A DNA stretch of 64,000 nt from the sequence record NC_061421.1. One strand, written 5' to 3'. The notes below the pieces were generated by a model. The model was not told where the DNA came from, did no database searches, and saw only the letters and a list, made by a program, of their open reading frames with translations. Made by a program: the position numbers and the translations under genes. Below are positions 8,801 to 18,722 of the stretch, one piece after another. The first letter of the stretch is position 1. Each line of letters opens with the position of its first letter.

Positions 8801-10369
8801 CGGAATTTGCCGATACTCATCTAACGATATTTCCTCGTTAAAAGGAGAAGGGATCGTCTTGTAACTTTCCGCCAATCTGAGATGGCGTTTATATTCACCT
8901 TGGGTTATTAAGCCTTTGGAAAGAAGCGTCTCAGCCTGGATCCGTATCCCAGAAATTAGCGGGTCTTCTACCTTATCTTCCAGAGGTGGCTCTATAACCG
9001 TCTCAGCGTCAACGTCAGGGGCTGAAACTAAACGCAAGGCCCTAGGGGCTTCAGTTGTCTCGATCTCTTCTGTCAGACTTTTAAATGCGTCTACGATCTG
9101 AGTACGGATTCCTGGTTGCCCCGCGTTAATTTTATCCCGAATTTCTTTTACCGTAACGGTTTTCTTCGGAATACCAGTCGGTGTTTCGTCTTCCGCGACA
9201 ACCGTCTCAATTACAACGTCGTCTTCAACCGTCTCGCTAACTTCCAGAATCTCGCTTTCACCCGTGTTCTCATCCGGGATGGTTTCTTCGATTGTGGCCT
9301 GTTCCTGAACACCCGTCAGTAATTTCAACGCCGTGAGATGCTGGAGCATTAACCGAGAGACCTGGGCGTATGCATCACCCTTCGGGTTTTCGTTGGATTT
9401 TGTCCAACGACTTAGACGCCCGAGGTTAAGTACTGTAAATTTCCCCATCCGTAAAAAGACAAAGTTGATCTTGTCGTAGTGGTCAGAGGGAATAATATTT
9501 AACAGGGATTCTTCCCGCTTCTCGGAAAGCCATTGCCAAAGATCTTGAATGAAAAGTGAGTCGTCATTCTGGAAATAACCCAAACGAATACGATTCATCT
9601 CTTCCAACGCTAACCCGGAATGCTCTATAAAGCTGGAGTCCGTTTCAAACCCTAACGCTGATTCGTCGAAAGATTCTCTCGCTACATCACCTGGGAACTC
9701 GGATGAAATCCCTGGGAAATGCAGATCGAAAACGTCGCTGTATGTTTGTACCAGTGATTTATTACGGTGTTGATTCTGATACGCGTTTAACAGCGGTACC
9801 CCGCCATCTTCTACGGAGATATTCAGCTGCATCTTAGTAGGCATCTCATCAGGCACATTGACGAGAATGAATTGATGGCGGTCAGAATGTTCTGCGTAGT
9901 ATTTCGCCTGAGTATAAAGCGTAGAGAGCAAATTCTGGAAACGCCAGAATCTCGCCATCGGCAACGGAAGATAACGCCATTGCATCGGGATCAACGAGTA
10001 GTTTGCAAGGATCGCAGTATTCCTGTCATCCAGAGCGCGATTGATATCAGTTACTCGACGAAAACCACGGCGCTTTTGTATCCAAGTCCGTTTAAGGTTG
10101 GAAACATTAAACGCACCTTTACGGCGAGGGGAACCAATAAAGCTGGTCATCTCCGTAATGTTGTCCGCATAAGGGCGGGTACGTTCCCGTTGGAACGCGA
10201 AGAATGTTTCATCTGGACCGAGGTCAATCGCGTTAGTCGGGAGGTAATGAAGAATACTATTTTTTGGTAACGCGAAGTTTTCAATGTTAAAAGCACGGGG
10301 GTTCGATAATGTCGTACGATTACGAATTCCGTACGACATGTAAAATTGTTGGTACTGAATGTTGCTCAT
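5891..10369 (-). CDS. Virion RNA polymerase beta-like N-terminal subunit (phiKZ gp178 / SPN3US gp241 type)
   Basis: 1492 aa; RNAP beta motifs (LTYSGTGGR, FHPSDIG...ESSVDNGDVG, DDPKRVNFIGIQ, RGMGDGDKLVVGNQKKSVV) plus a long N-terminal extension. Confidence 0.9.
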   Translation of the reverse strand: MSNIQYQQFYMSYGIRNRTTLSNPRAFNIENFALPKNSILHYLPTNAIDLGPDETFFAFQRERTRPYADNITEMTSFIGSPRRKGAFNVSNLKRTWIQKRRGFRRVTDINRALDDRNTAILANYSLIPMQWRYLPLPMARFWRFQNLLSTLYTQAKYYAEHSDRHQFILVNVPDEMPTKMQLNISVEDGGVPLLNAYQNQHRNKSLVQTYSDVFDLHFPGISSEFPGDVARESFDESALGFETDSSFIEHSGLALEEMNRIRLGYFQNDDSLFIQDLWQWLSEKREESLLNIIPSDHYDKINFVFLRMGKFTVLNLGRLSRWTKSNENPKGDAYAQVSRLMLQHLTALKLLTGVQEQATIEETIPDENTGESEILEVSETVEDDVVIETVVAEDETPTGIPKKTVTVKEIRDKINAGQPGIRTQIVDAFKSLTEEIETTEAPRALRLVSAPDVDAETVIEPPLEDKVEDPLISGIRIQAETLLSKGLITQGEYKRHLRLAESYKTIPSPFNEEISLDEYRQIPKEIVWDFKPKEVVDIAHVKDKSMLKSTLIDYDRKYVEEVMQKDVINLVLGFQKAGYAITDFKVERQVDALNDLYDYTVKISPVKGAPSTVRFQLPVVDKNGKYKVGGIKYFMRKLRFDKPIRKISPSTVALSTYYGKLFVDRSDKRRHDYGEWLKDAMNVAALSNPPLMAEIVYGNSFTDSQPVPRTYSAIAKEVISFDAAGMNFFFDYPNIGKNFPDWNGQGNIPVGKRGRSTVTMDREGYLQVGPERLGHISKLFGADPVNRPNELVTISILGQEFPLAIVLMYLEGFTQFVDKMEIKPQRRTKGARVQPDQNTFEIVFADEIWRIPRITHPDVLIYSSLQLWKNALKNYSVAELDNQDNYNALLSDMQLSGRYLYEFSNLKALFIDPIAEENLEAMNEPTEFIPLLKKAAFYLATDEYPSDLSSQGSLFKGYERMAGAVYRTFAEAVRRQSSSNLSSRAQLDFPPFEILSAIQKDPSVSLVEDSNPIQNLKEKENLTYSGTGGRGKRSMTRRTRAFHPSDIGIRSESSVDNGDVGINCYLSANPNLTSLRGTARTETDLSKEKGFSNVLSTSALVSPFSTYDDPKRVNFIGIQSSHKRYSVGDDLGYIRTGYELMMAQRTDDLFSSVAKGPGTITEKTKGHVVIKYDDPELGEDQIELGRKFGIVTGHTEPHEVVCDLEVGAKVDKDHVVAYHPGFFARDWREPTQVAFKNGVTTNIALVENNNTFEDASLISERLSQKMTTLVTHTRVLMVNFNQAIRNLVSEGQHVDNEDTLAFIEDEVSATFDYFDESTMETLKRLGNPAPRAKHVGKVEKIEVFYFGEKEDMSDSVRKIADKYDSIRAKNAKLLGTETALTGQVFTPSRIDGMPLEIDMMAIRIYITHQRGMGDGDKLVVGNQKKSVVSGVYKGICRTTTPVLPGGQPWDIDLQFSYRAINARIVNSALLLGMGNILIENIQQEMLKAYDSE

Positions 10370-10385
10370 TACAGTGAAACTCCTG

Positions 10386-12017
10386 TTATGCGTCGCCAGT
10401 GATATTACGTAAAACTAACTGTACGTTGTCAACGTCAGCGCTCTTAGAGAGTGTGCCACGTGAAGATAGATACCACTCTTTGCGACTCTTTAATCTATTA
10501 AATTCCGCCAGGGAATCAGAAGCGTAAATGGCTGTGAAGGTACAACGGTCACCGTCGAAGTCGGCCCCTAAGGGATTGAGGTAACTCACTCCTATCCCCA
10601 TCGAGTTAACGTATTCTACTGACTTAGTTTGGTCAGGGAATTCAAAGCAAATATAGTCTTCGCCCAATCTTCGCCAGTCGTGACCAAGTTCAGGTTTCAC
10701 GCTAGAAACAATGGTCGGTTTACAGTAAATATTTGCTATGAAGGTTGAACCTTGCCCTGTGACAGGGTAACGAGTTACAACACCCGCCAGTTTTCCCCAT
10801 TCCCGATATCCCGATAAGTAATAAAGGGAGGTCATGTTGATAGGGCTCACGAATCGCTTATCGAAACCCGCCGGGAGTTCATTAATGTCGGAGAAGAATC
10901 GGAAACCTTCCTCGCCCCAATAAAGAAGACCGAGATAAAAGCCATCTACCATGATCGGCTTACTGCGGAACGCAGGGGTTTTGTACCGGGTTATTTGTGC
11001 GTCAAGACCGTCACGGGTCGTCCAGCGTTCAATCGCCTCCGGTGAGGGTTGAACATATTCTGCTCGCAGCGTTTTTGGGTTAGTCAGTCGGATTTCATCT
11101 TCGCTATTACCAGAGAAGACTTCACCTAACCAGCCCGACCGTAAGAAGTAACGTGTTTTCGGCAACACCGCTTTGATCGTCTGGTAAAGACCTAACTGAA
11201 CATGGTTGACCCCAGGCGTATTCGTTTCACCGATTCGACCCCCGGTAATTTTCATCGGTGAAATGACGTTCGCCGTACCGTTGAGTATTTTACGAGAAGC
11301 CCATTTGGCTGCAGCGAAACCCTTTTTACCTTTAATCATGTTAAAGATACTTTCAAAGATTTCGTTGAACTGACGCTGGAGCTGTAAACGACTGTTGTTG
11401 ATTACGGGGTCTTCGGAAGGTTCTCTTCCCGTGTCAAGACTACTTGAAATAGAAATGATTGAGCGATAATATTTATTAATTTCATCTTCACTGGTTCTAC
11501 CGGTGGGCTCAACCATTAAATCCCGTAGCCCGGCTGGCATGACAAGTACTTTATCGACGAGGGCGTTTTCTTTGTTTTTGTTAATCAGTTTAACTCGGAG
11601 ATTACGAATTTCCGAATCCCCTTCCTCGATCTTCAGTTCAGGGAAGTGACGAACAAAGAAAGCGAAACCCGTATCGCCCTCCATTTCGTTGCTGGGTTCG
11701 AAATCAAAGGTTTCTGTGTTAAAGACCGCGTAACGTCTACCCTCTAAAATATCCAGGTATAAGCGTTTTAAAGAACCTAGGCGCTTATAAATGAGGGGGT
11801 GGAAAATTCGCGTGTTAAGATTAATGTAACTGAATCGACCGTCTCGTTCGGGAGAACCGAGGGGACCAAAAGTTTCAATAGAAAATAACCCATCCTTATG
11901 GAAGTTCCGCGTGCCCGTTTCAAATATTTCTGTTGTAACAGTCGGGCGCATACTCCGAATCAATTGCGGGGTTAGTTCCATGAGGAAGATATTGAAAGGA
12001 ATATCATTGGTACGCAT
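10386..12017 (-). CDS. Virion RNA polymerase beta'-like middle (catalytic) subunit (phiKZ gp180 type)
   Basis: Catalytic GADFDGD; GLFSIETFG, VLVMPAGLRD and KKGF...RKILNG motifs. Confidence 0.95.
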   Translation of the reverse strand: MRTNDIPFNIFLMELTPQLIRSMRPTVTTEIFETGTRNFHKDGLFSIETFGPLGSPERDGRFSYINLNTRIFHPLIYKRLGSLKRLYLDILEGRRYAVFNTETFDFEPSNEMEGDTGFAFFVRHFPELKIEEGDSEIRNLRVKLINKNKENALVDKVLVMPAGLRDLMVEPTGRTSEDEINKYYRSIISISSSLDTGREPSEDPVINNSRLQLQRQFNEIFESIFNMIKGKKGFAAAKWASRKILNGTANVISPMKITGGRIGETNTPGVNHVQLGLYQTIKAVLPKTRYFLRSGWLGEVFSGNSEDEIRLTNPKTLRAEYVQPSPEAIERWTTRDGLDAQITRYKTPAFRSKPIMVDGFYLGLLYWGEEGFRFFSDINELPAGFDKRFVSPINMTSLYYLSGYREWGKLAGVVTRYPVTGQGSTFIANIYCKPTIVSSVKPELGHDWRRLGEDYICFEFPDQTKSVEYVNSMGIGVSYLNPLGADFDGDRCTFTAIYASDSLAEFNRLKSRKEWYLSSRGTLSKSADVDNVQLVLRNITGDA

Positions 12018-12063
12018 TGTTTAAATCCTGTTAACAGATGATTAACCTTTTTAAGGGAACAAA

Positions 12064-15000
12064 ATGGCCAAAAGAGAAAAAATAGATCTTGATCGTTTTG
12101 ACGATTTTGATCTCGAAGATAACTGGGGTATGGACAGAGAACCTACTCCGGCGCGCGACGGTAGCGGGAAGCGCGAAGCGGTTAAAAAAGCAGGGAAGAC
12201 CGTATTACGGGAAATGGGGAAAACTACCTTCACCACGCAGATGGCGAAAACCATTCTGAAAGAGGCGATGCCGCGTTCCTTTACGACAACCCTGGATAAT
12301 ATCGACCGCGGTCTCATCGACACCCGTGCACTCTATGCTGAGGTCCGGCGTGATGCCTCCCCGATGGTCAGGGAGATGAAGGCATTAGGTAGAACGGTCA
12401 ACCGTTTAGTGCCTACACCATACCAAAAGAAAATTGACGCGTACCTCAGTCGTCAGAGTGCCACTGATAACTCTGGGAAACAACTCGCAGCACTGAATAT
12501 CGAAGATGCGGCGGTTCTACAATCCCTGGCACAAGTTTTCAACCAGGAAGAAAGTAAAACTAAACAAGAGAGTACGGACGAGCTCACTGAGAAATTAACG
12601 GATCAGAAATACAAAGTGAAGCTGGGTACCGCTATTGCGAGTATTCAGAATTTACTGGCGAAGCAAACTGCTTATCAATTTGGTGCACAACGTGCATTTC
12701 AAAAGAAAAGTATGGAGCTTCAAATAAGACAGCTGATGGTCTCACGGGCTCATTTGGATGTCGCTCAAAAATCCGCGATTGAAACGTCGAATCTGTTAAG
12801 AAGCATCGTGGAAAACTCTGCGTTACCGGACGTCGTTAAACAGCACCGTTCGGAAGAATTTATGCGCATGGGTCGCGAAAAGATCTTTGGACGTATTCAA
12901 TCTTCAATGTACGACTGGACGAGTAATTATCGTCAACAGTTTAAAGACCGAGTTAAACAAGTAGTTGGGGACAGAGTACAGAAGTTCCAGACGGGCATGG
13001 GGTTAGCGAATAGCACCCTCGAACAACTGGAAATGCAACGTGAACTTTTAGCCTCAATGGGCGTAACCCCAGAAGAGTTCTTAGCCGGTGCGGCCGGTAA
13101 CTGGGGCGCACTGCAAATCGGTAAACGCATCGGTCGTAGTATTAATCGCCGAGTGCCGGCCCTCCGTCGTTTGGACGGGACGTTTCAGGGTGCTAACTAC
13201 CTTTTTAATAATAAAGAACGTTTAGCAGCAGATTGGGGTAATTCAGGATACCGTTACGGAAAATGGTATAACCCGATTGAAAACTTCCTGAAAGACACAC
13301 TACGCAGTAGTTACAAAGATGGTGGTGTTGTTCGTGCAGGTGGGTTAGGGAACGGCGATAAAATCTCGTCTGTAGATGAGCGTAAACTCGGTTACATGGA
13401 GGAGATGTCAGGTTACCTGTCCCGAATCTTACATAGTATCGATGTCCTAAGAACCGGAGATAGTAAGGCGCCACGTACGGTTTTCAATCGTCAGAAAGGG
13501 ATCTTTACCACCTTCGATGAATCCGTCGCGAGTACCCGGGAAGCCCTATTAAAAGACACGGATATCAATGCCCAGCGAGAAAACGTTGAGCGGTTAATTA
13601 CCTCCATCGACGGCAATAACCGACTGTCGCCACAGGCACGAGGAAAAATCTCTGATCACTTAATGGCACGTGCCAGAACCTCAAAAGCCTTTAACCCCGG
13701 TCAGATTGCCAACGAAAAAATCAACGGTCTTTCCCGTGACGAGATGCGTTTATGGCAAGGGTTATTGGCGAAACGTTACGGTCTCAAGCTTAACGAAAAA
13801 AGCGAATGGACGCTCAACCCGTTCTCTTCTTCTAACGTTAACCTGAACATCGATGCAGGACAGTACAATTACGCTTCGAACCAGACACAAGGTATTTTTA
13901 ATCGAGCACATGGGCTGGCGCAAACCGGAAATCTGGAAGAGCTAATCTCTGAAGGAGCCGTTATCTTTAAAAACGGGAACTGGGAACTGAACCCGGAGTA
14001 TTACGCTAACCGGGTCGGTGGGAAACGAAGCGGGAGTAATAACCCGCCTTCAAACCCGGGAGATATGGGACCACCAAGACCGGGCGATCGTCCGCCGGTT
14101 CCGCCGACACCTGGTGGTAACCCGCCAGACCTGCGGCGTTTTGGACAAGACTGGACCAACCCCAATTCCGTTAACTTCAACCTCGGCGGATCTCAATTCG
14201 CGAGTGTCCTGACGGCACAAACTGATCGCATTCTGGAACGAATGGAAAAAAGCCAACTGTTCTGGGACGAACAGATGGCACGTATCGAAAGTCAATTGGC
14301 TGGGTTAGGGTCAGCAGGGACTGGCGGCGGCGATGGTTCTGGTCAACCTCCTGGCCCAGAACCCCGTCGTCGGTTCAGTCGTGGTTGGTTAGGACGAGGC
14401 TTACGTAGTGGGTTACGCGGTGCAGGTCGCGGTGTAAAAGGACTATGGGACTTAAGTGGTCTACCATTTAAAGCCGCCGGTGAAGCATTCCGCAGGATCC
14501 GTCGACCCGCCTTTAATGCGGCGATGACCATTGGTACGTTTGGACTTAACAAAGTCTTTGGTTACGGGATGCAAGCATTCGAGCGAGCCCAAGATGGGTA
14601 CATTACCACAGTTAACGGTCTGAAGAAGGTTTTAACAAAGGAAGGGTTGGAATCGGGTCAGTATGTTGATCAGGCCACCGGGAAAATTATCAAAAAACTC
14701 TCCGATGTCAGAGGAGCGGTTTGGGACGTTGTTAATAATACCCAAGTCATCTCCGATGATGAAGCAAGGGGCGGATTATTCAATGCTGCCGGTACCCGAG
14801 TTAAAACTGCATTTAGTAAGACAGTGGGCGCGATTGGTTCCCTGATCAACGGGCGGTTTACACCCTATAACCTCATGAAAGGTGCGTTGGGTCTCGGCGG
14901 GAAAGGGCTGGGTAGTTTATTAACCCGGTTACCTGACATCTACGTCAAAGGGGAAAGTAAACCACGTCTTTACGCAAGTAAATTAGCGAATGGGGAATAC

Positions 15001-18000
15001 TTCTCCATGCGGACGGGTAAACGAATTTCTAAGCTCTCCGACATCGATGGTGATGTGGGTACTTTAGATCCCCGCACGCGAACAATGACGCCTGTAATGA
15101 CCGCTGAAGACGCTGCCAAAGGTCTTGTTGATCGCAATGGGCAGGCTATCCGTACCGGCCTCGGAAGACTGGTAGGAATGTTAGGTAGCGGTTTAAGGGG
15201 TGCATTTAACTTTGCAGCGTCACCGTTTAAACTGTTAAACGCTATGGGTAGAACCGCTGCTAATATCGCAACCTCCGGTATCCGAACAGTAGGGAATATT
15301 TTCACCGGTGGGGCGTTTGGTGGGCGCAGTATGGGTACGGGTCCTAATACGTGGCTGAAACGCATCTACCGATTACTTGTTAATCAATTCACGGGTAAGA
15401 ATCCATTAGACGGTTTAGAAGAGACCGAGGATGGTTTAGGTGGAATCAAAAACCGTCTAACAGGCGGCTTCGAGCGATTGAAGAACCGTGCTGGTAGTTG
15501 GTGGAATCGTTTACAGAAGAAAAAACCGGATGAGGCAAAGCCGGAACACGCCGAAAGGGCAGCGAAGGAATCAGGCGGTTGGGGAAAACTGATCTGGGCG
15601 GCCATCACTGGTGTGGGAGCGATTGTTAGTAAAGTTGCTTCTGGTTTTGGAAGTTTCTGGAAATGGATAAAAGAATTACCACGTTGGATTGGTGCCAGTA
15701 AAGCCGTGGGGGCGGCAGGCGATTTAGCAGGAGATGCCTTAGACGGTGCGGGAAGAAGAGGAGGCGGATTGTTACGCCGCTCCGGTGGCGTCCTGAAAAA
15801 AGTGGGTAAAGGTGCGTTAGGAGTAGCCGGGTTCTTAGGGCGGGGATTATTCAGTGGGGCCGGAATGTTGGCTCGCGGTGCGGCCGTGGCAGCTGGTTCG
15901 TTACTTTCAGCGCCAGTGTTAATTGGGGCGGCTGTCGCGGTGGGGGTTGGGTATCTGATTTATAAAGGGTACCAAGCGTACAAAAACAAACTCACCTTGC
16001 TCCGTAAATACCGAGTAGCGCAATACGGCGTTAACCCCAAAGACGACGATAAAGCAGGTAAGGTTTTAGCACTGGAAGAAGCGGTACTGAAGTCCAGTCA
16101 AATCGACGGACAAGGGAAACTGAAAATCGGTTCATTACCTTTCCAAGATCTTGTCACGGCGTTCGGTATAGAGATCACCGACCAACGTGCTGTACAGCGT
16201 TGGGTACGTTGGTACCAAATGCGTTTTGCCCCGGTGTTCTCCCGTAACGTAGAGATTCTTCATCAAATGGATCCGAAAGCAAAAATCACTGACGCCGAAT
16301 TTCTGAAAGATTCTCAGCGCGGTGATTTTGCAAGGAGCACCTTTATCGCTTCCGGCGGTGCGCAATCTCCTTACCTGGTTTCCGACTCACCGTTCCCGGA
16401 AATCTCTTCGGTCACCGGCGACCGGTTCGTTGCGGGCTGGCGAGACCAGGTGATTGCGGAATACGCCAAGGCAGAGAAAGCGGCAGTAGCGAGTGGTGAG
16501 AAGAAAGTGCTGGCAGTAGGGGAAGCGAAGAAACCGCGCGGACTGGATGCGCTAAATCAAAAAGCACAACAGATGCAAGCGGCTAACGCAAACCGAAACA
16601 TTAACCCAAGCACCGACCTCTACTATTCTCCTGGCGATACCCGTAAAGGTATGACATCTCTAACGGGCGACAGTCGTAAAGATGAGCTGATCGAGATCGG
16701 GAACCGTATCGATGACCTTACTTCGATACGGATGAAACTGTACGGTCTGCCTGAGTTGGTGAAAGGTGACGTCAATACGTTGGTGGCGCTGGAAGCCGAG
16801 GCGATTAAGCAGGTTCGTTATGGGGATAAAGGCGTCGCCTATTGGACCGGAAATACCGAGCAATTCTTCGCTAACTGGAATGGGCAATTCGCGGTTAACG
16901 TGAATAACCCAGACGAGAAAACGGGGTGGTTGTTCTGGTTTAATAAACGTTTCCTTCCGGTCTTCCTGAACTTCTGCTCGGAAAGTAACTACCTGTCCCC
17001 GAACACGTCACCGCTTCAAGCATGGAAGAAATTGAATGCCAGCGATTTACTTAAAATCGCCAATTTCATGAACGGTGCGACAACCGAGGTCAACGGAAAC
17101 CGGGTGTCGGTCTGGACGATCAAAGCTTCTCCTTGGCCTAATCGGATTTCCAATCTCGACAGTAGCGTCATTCAGTCTAACCTGGACGCACTGCGTCTCG
17201 AGAGTAAGAAAGAAATTTACCAAGAGAAAGTAAAGACCGAGACCGAGATCAGTCAAATGACTTTTGCCGGAAAACCGCTACGTGCCACAGTTACCGGGAA
17301 TAAGATTGCCGATCTGATGACGGACGTTTCGGCGATTACGGCGGCAGGTAAAGGACGGGCGACTGGTAAAAACGGTGTAGGGATATATGGTCAGCGACTG
17401 GGCTCTATGGGAACCTCCTATGAGCGCGCGGAATCAGGCAGCAGCTTCACGGATACTAACTTGTTACATTCCGGGGAAGGAACAGGTGGTTCAATTAACG
17501 ACATCCCTGAACCGAAAGGGGACGGGTGGGAAAACGTTAAAGATTCGCTTATAGCGGTCGCGAAAATGGTGGGGGTTGACCCCGGCTCATTGGCGGCGAT
17601 GATTGCGCAAGAATCTGGGTTTGAGCTCAGAGCCAAGAACGGTGGTTCTACGGCAGCGGGTCTGGGTCAGTTCATTGATAGTACCTGGAAAGAGATGCTC
17701 CCGGTACTCGTGAAGAAATACGGCGTGAACCCTAATACGTCTCAGTACGACCCGAGAGCTTCCCTATTGGCAACAGCAGAGTACATGAAGAAAAACGCGG
17801 CGATTATCGGGGATATCGGAAGACCGTTAACGACCACCGATATTTACATGGCACATTTCTTAGGTCCAGGAGGGGCGAAGAACGTTTTAAGAGTGCCGAG
17901 TAATACGCCGATTGCCACCGCGATGGGTGATCAGTATGCGTCCGCGGCCAAAGCAAACAAAGAGATCTTTAACGGTGTGAGAACAACGGGTGATCTCGTT

Positions 18001-18669
18001 GCGAGCTTGGGTAGGTACCTTTCCAACAACGGCGGGCGGTACATTCAGGAAGCCAACGCAATGGCGAATAAGGCCGGACCTGCTGTGCCTAACAGTACAG
18101 ACTCTGGCGCAGTGACGAATGTCACGCCTTCTACTACTACCCCAACGTCAGACAATGGAACGGCTGAAACACCGGCAGTAGTAGCGAGCGCTAAAAGTGT
18201 GGCAAATAACCCTGCTAAGGGGGAGTTGCCTACAGGGAATACTACTAGCGCAGCCGTGGTTAACCGTGGGACTGATACTTTAACACCTGCGGTTACAAGG
18301 GCAACAGACAAGCGTGACGAAACTGCTATTGTCCAACAGTCTGTCCAACGCGACAAAGCAGCAGCGGCGAGTCGTGCGGCCGTGGCAGCGGCGCGTCAGC
18401 AAACTGCGCAGGCGACCAGCGAGACTAATGGTTGGGCAAATGTGTTGAACGATCAACTGACCGTCCAGAAATCGATGGACAGTACGTTGATTGAAATCAA
18501 AGAGCTGATTCAAAAAGGCGGTCTACTGGGCGGGAACGGGGGTAGTGACAATTCCCCGAAAGCCAGTCCAAATACAGACGAGTTAAAAGGGAAAAGTTTG
18601 AACGTCAACGGAAACGGTCCTCGTCCGTATGAACCGTTTGATACATCGCTCTCATCGCAGTATCGTTAA
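12064..18669 (+). CDS. Tail tape-measure / cell-puncturing protein with C-terminal lytic transglycosylase (phiKZ gp181 type)
   Basis: 2201 aa; SLT motifs AMIAQESGF, STAAGLGQFIDSTW, YMAHFLGPGGA; Gly/Ala-rich hydrophobic segment; adjacent to beta'-M. Confidence 0.88.
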   Translation: MAKREKIDLDRFDDFDLEDNWGMDREPTPARDGSGKREAVKKAGKTVLREMGKTTFTTQMAKTILKEAMPRSFTTTLDNIDRGLIDTRALYAEVRRDASPMVREMKALGRTVNRLVPTPYQKKIDAYLSRQSATDNSGKQLAALNIEDAAVLQSLAQVFNQEESKTKQESTDELTEKLTDQKYKVKLGTAIASIQNLLAKQTAYQFGAQRAFQKKSMELQIRQLMVSRAHLDVAQKSAIETSNLLRSIVENSALPDVVKQHRSEEFMRMGREKIFGRIQSSMYDWTSNYRQQFKDRVKQVVGDRVQKFQTGMGLANSTLEQLEMQRELLASMGVTPEEFLAGAAGNWGALQIGKRIGRSINRRVPALRRLDGTFQGANYLFNNKERLAADWGNSGYRYGKWYNPIENFLKDTLRSSYKDGGVVRAGGLGNGDKISSVDERKLGYMEEMSGYLSRILHSIDVLRTGDSKAPRTVFNRQKGIFTTFDESVASTREALLKDTDINAQRENVERLITSIDGNNRLSPQARGKISDHLMARARTSKAFNPGQIANEKINGLSRDEMRLWQGLLAKRYGLKLNEKSEWTLNPFSSSNVNLNIDAGQYNYASNQTQGIFNRAHGLAQTGNLEELISEGAVIFKNGNWELNPEYYANRVGGKRSGSNNPPSNPGDMGPPRPGDRPPVPPTPGGNPPDLRRFGQDWTNPNSVNFNLGGSQFASVLTAQTDRILERMEKSQLFWDEQMARIESQLAGLGSAGTGGGDGSGQPPGPEPRRRFSRGWLGRGLRSGLRGAGRGVKGLWDLSGLPFKAAGEAFRRIRRPAFNAAMTIGTFGLNKVFGYGMQAFERAQDGYITTVNGLKKVLTKEGLESGQYVDQATGKIIKKLSDVRGAVWDVVNNTQVISDDEARGGLFNAAGTRVKTAFSKTVGAIGSLINGRFTPYNLMKGALGLGGKGLGSLLTRLPDIYVKGESKPRLYASKLANGEYFSMRTGKRISKLSDIDGDVGTLDPRTRTMTPVMTAEDAAKGLVDRNGQAIRTGLGRLVGMLGSGLRGAFNFAASPFKLLNAMGRTAANIATSGIRTVGNIFTGGAFGGRSMGTGPNTWLKRIYRLLVNQFTGKNPLDGLEETEDGLGGIKNRLTGGFERLKNRAGSWWNRLQKKKPDEAKPEHAERAAKESGGWGKLIWAAITGVGAIVSKVASGFGSFWKWIKELPRWIGASKAVGAAGDLAGDALDGAGRRGGGLLRRSGGVLKKVGKGALGVAGFLGRGLFSGAGMLARGAAVAAGSLLSAPVLIGAAVAVGVGYLIYKGYQAYKNKLTLLRKYRVAQYGVNPKDDDKAGKVLALEEAVLKSSQIDGQGKLKIGSLPFQDLVTAFGIEITDQRAVQRWVRWYQMRFAPVFSRNVEILHQMDPKAKITDAEFLKDSQRGDFARSTFIASGGAQSPYLVSDSPFPEISSVTGDRFVAGWRDQVIAEYAKAEKAAVASGEKKVLAVGEAKKPRGLDALNQKAQQMQAANANRNINPSTDLYYSPGDTRKGMTSLTGDSRKDELIEIGNRIDDLTSIRMKLYGLPELVKGDVNTLVALEAEAIKQVRYGDKGVAYWTGNTEQFFANWNGQFAVNVNNPDEKTGWLFWFNKRFLPVFLNFCSESNYLSPNTSPLQAWKKLNASDLLKIANFMNGATTEVNGNRVSVWTIKASPWPNRISNLDSSVIQSNLDALRLESKKEIYQEKVKTETEISQMTFAGKPLRATVTGNKIADLMTDVSAITAAGKGRATGKNGVGIYGQRLGSMGTSYERAESGSSFTDTNLLHSGEGTGGSINDIPEPKGDGWENVKDSLIAVAKMVGVDPGSLAAMIAQESGFELRAKNGGSTAAGLGQFIDSTWKEMLPVLVKKYGVNPNTSQYDPRASLLATAEYMKKNAAIIGDIGRPLTTTDIYMAHFLGPGGAKNVLRVPSNTPIATAMGDQYASAAKANKEIFNGVRTTGDLVASLGRYLSNNGGRYIQEANAMANKAGPAVPNSTDSGAVTNVTPSTTTPTSDNGTAETPAVVASAKSVANNPAKGELPTGNTTSAAVVNRGTDTLTPAVTRATDKRDETAIVQQSVQRDKAAAASRAAVAAARQQTAQATSETNGWANVLNDQLTVQKSMDSTLIEIKELIQKGGLLGGNGGSDNSPKASPNTDELKGKSLNVNGNGPRPYEPFDTSLSSQYR

Positions 18670-18676
18670 TAGTGTT

Positions 18677-18697
18677 AAGGGAGGGTCATCCTCCCTT
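18677..18697 (+). terminator. Intrinsic terminator after the tape measure gene
   Basis: AAGGGAGG-GTCAT-CCTCCCTT followed by TTCTTTTTC. Confidence 0.7.
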
Positions 18698-18722
18698 TTC
18701 TTTTTCTAACTGGAGAACATAC

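Noticed and set aside
5891-12017. Possible inteins or group I introns in RNAP subunits (common in related phages)
   Set aside because: The ORFs are continuous, sizes match uninterrupted homologs as recalled, and there are no C/S...HN-C/S/T splice motifs or LAGLIDADG/HNH inserts.
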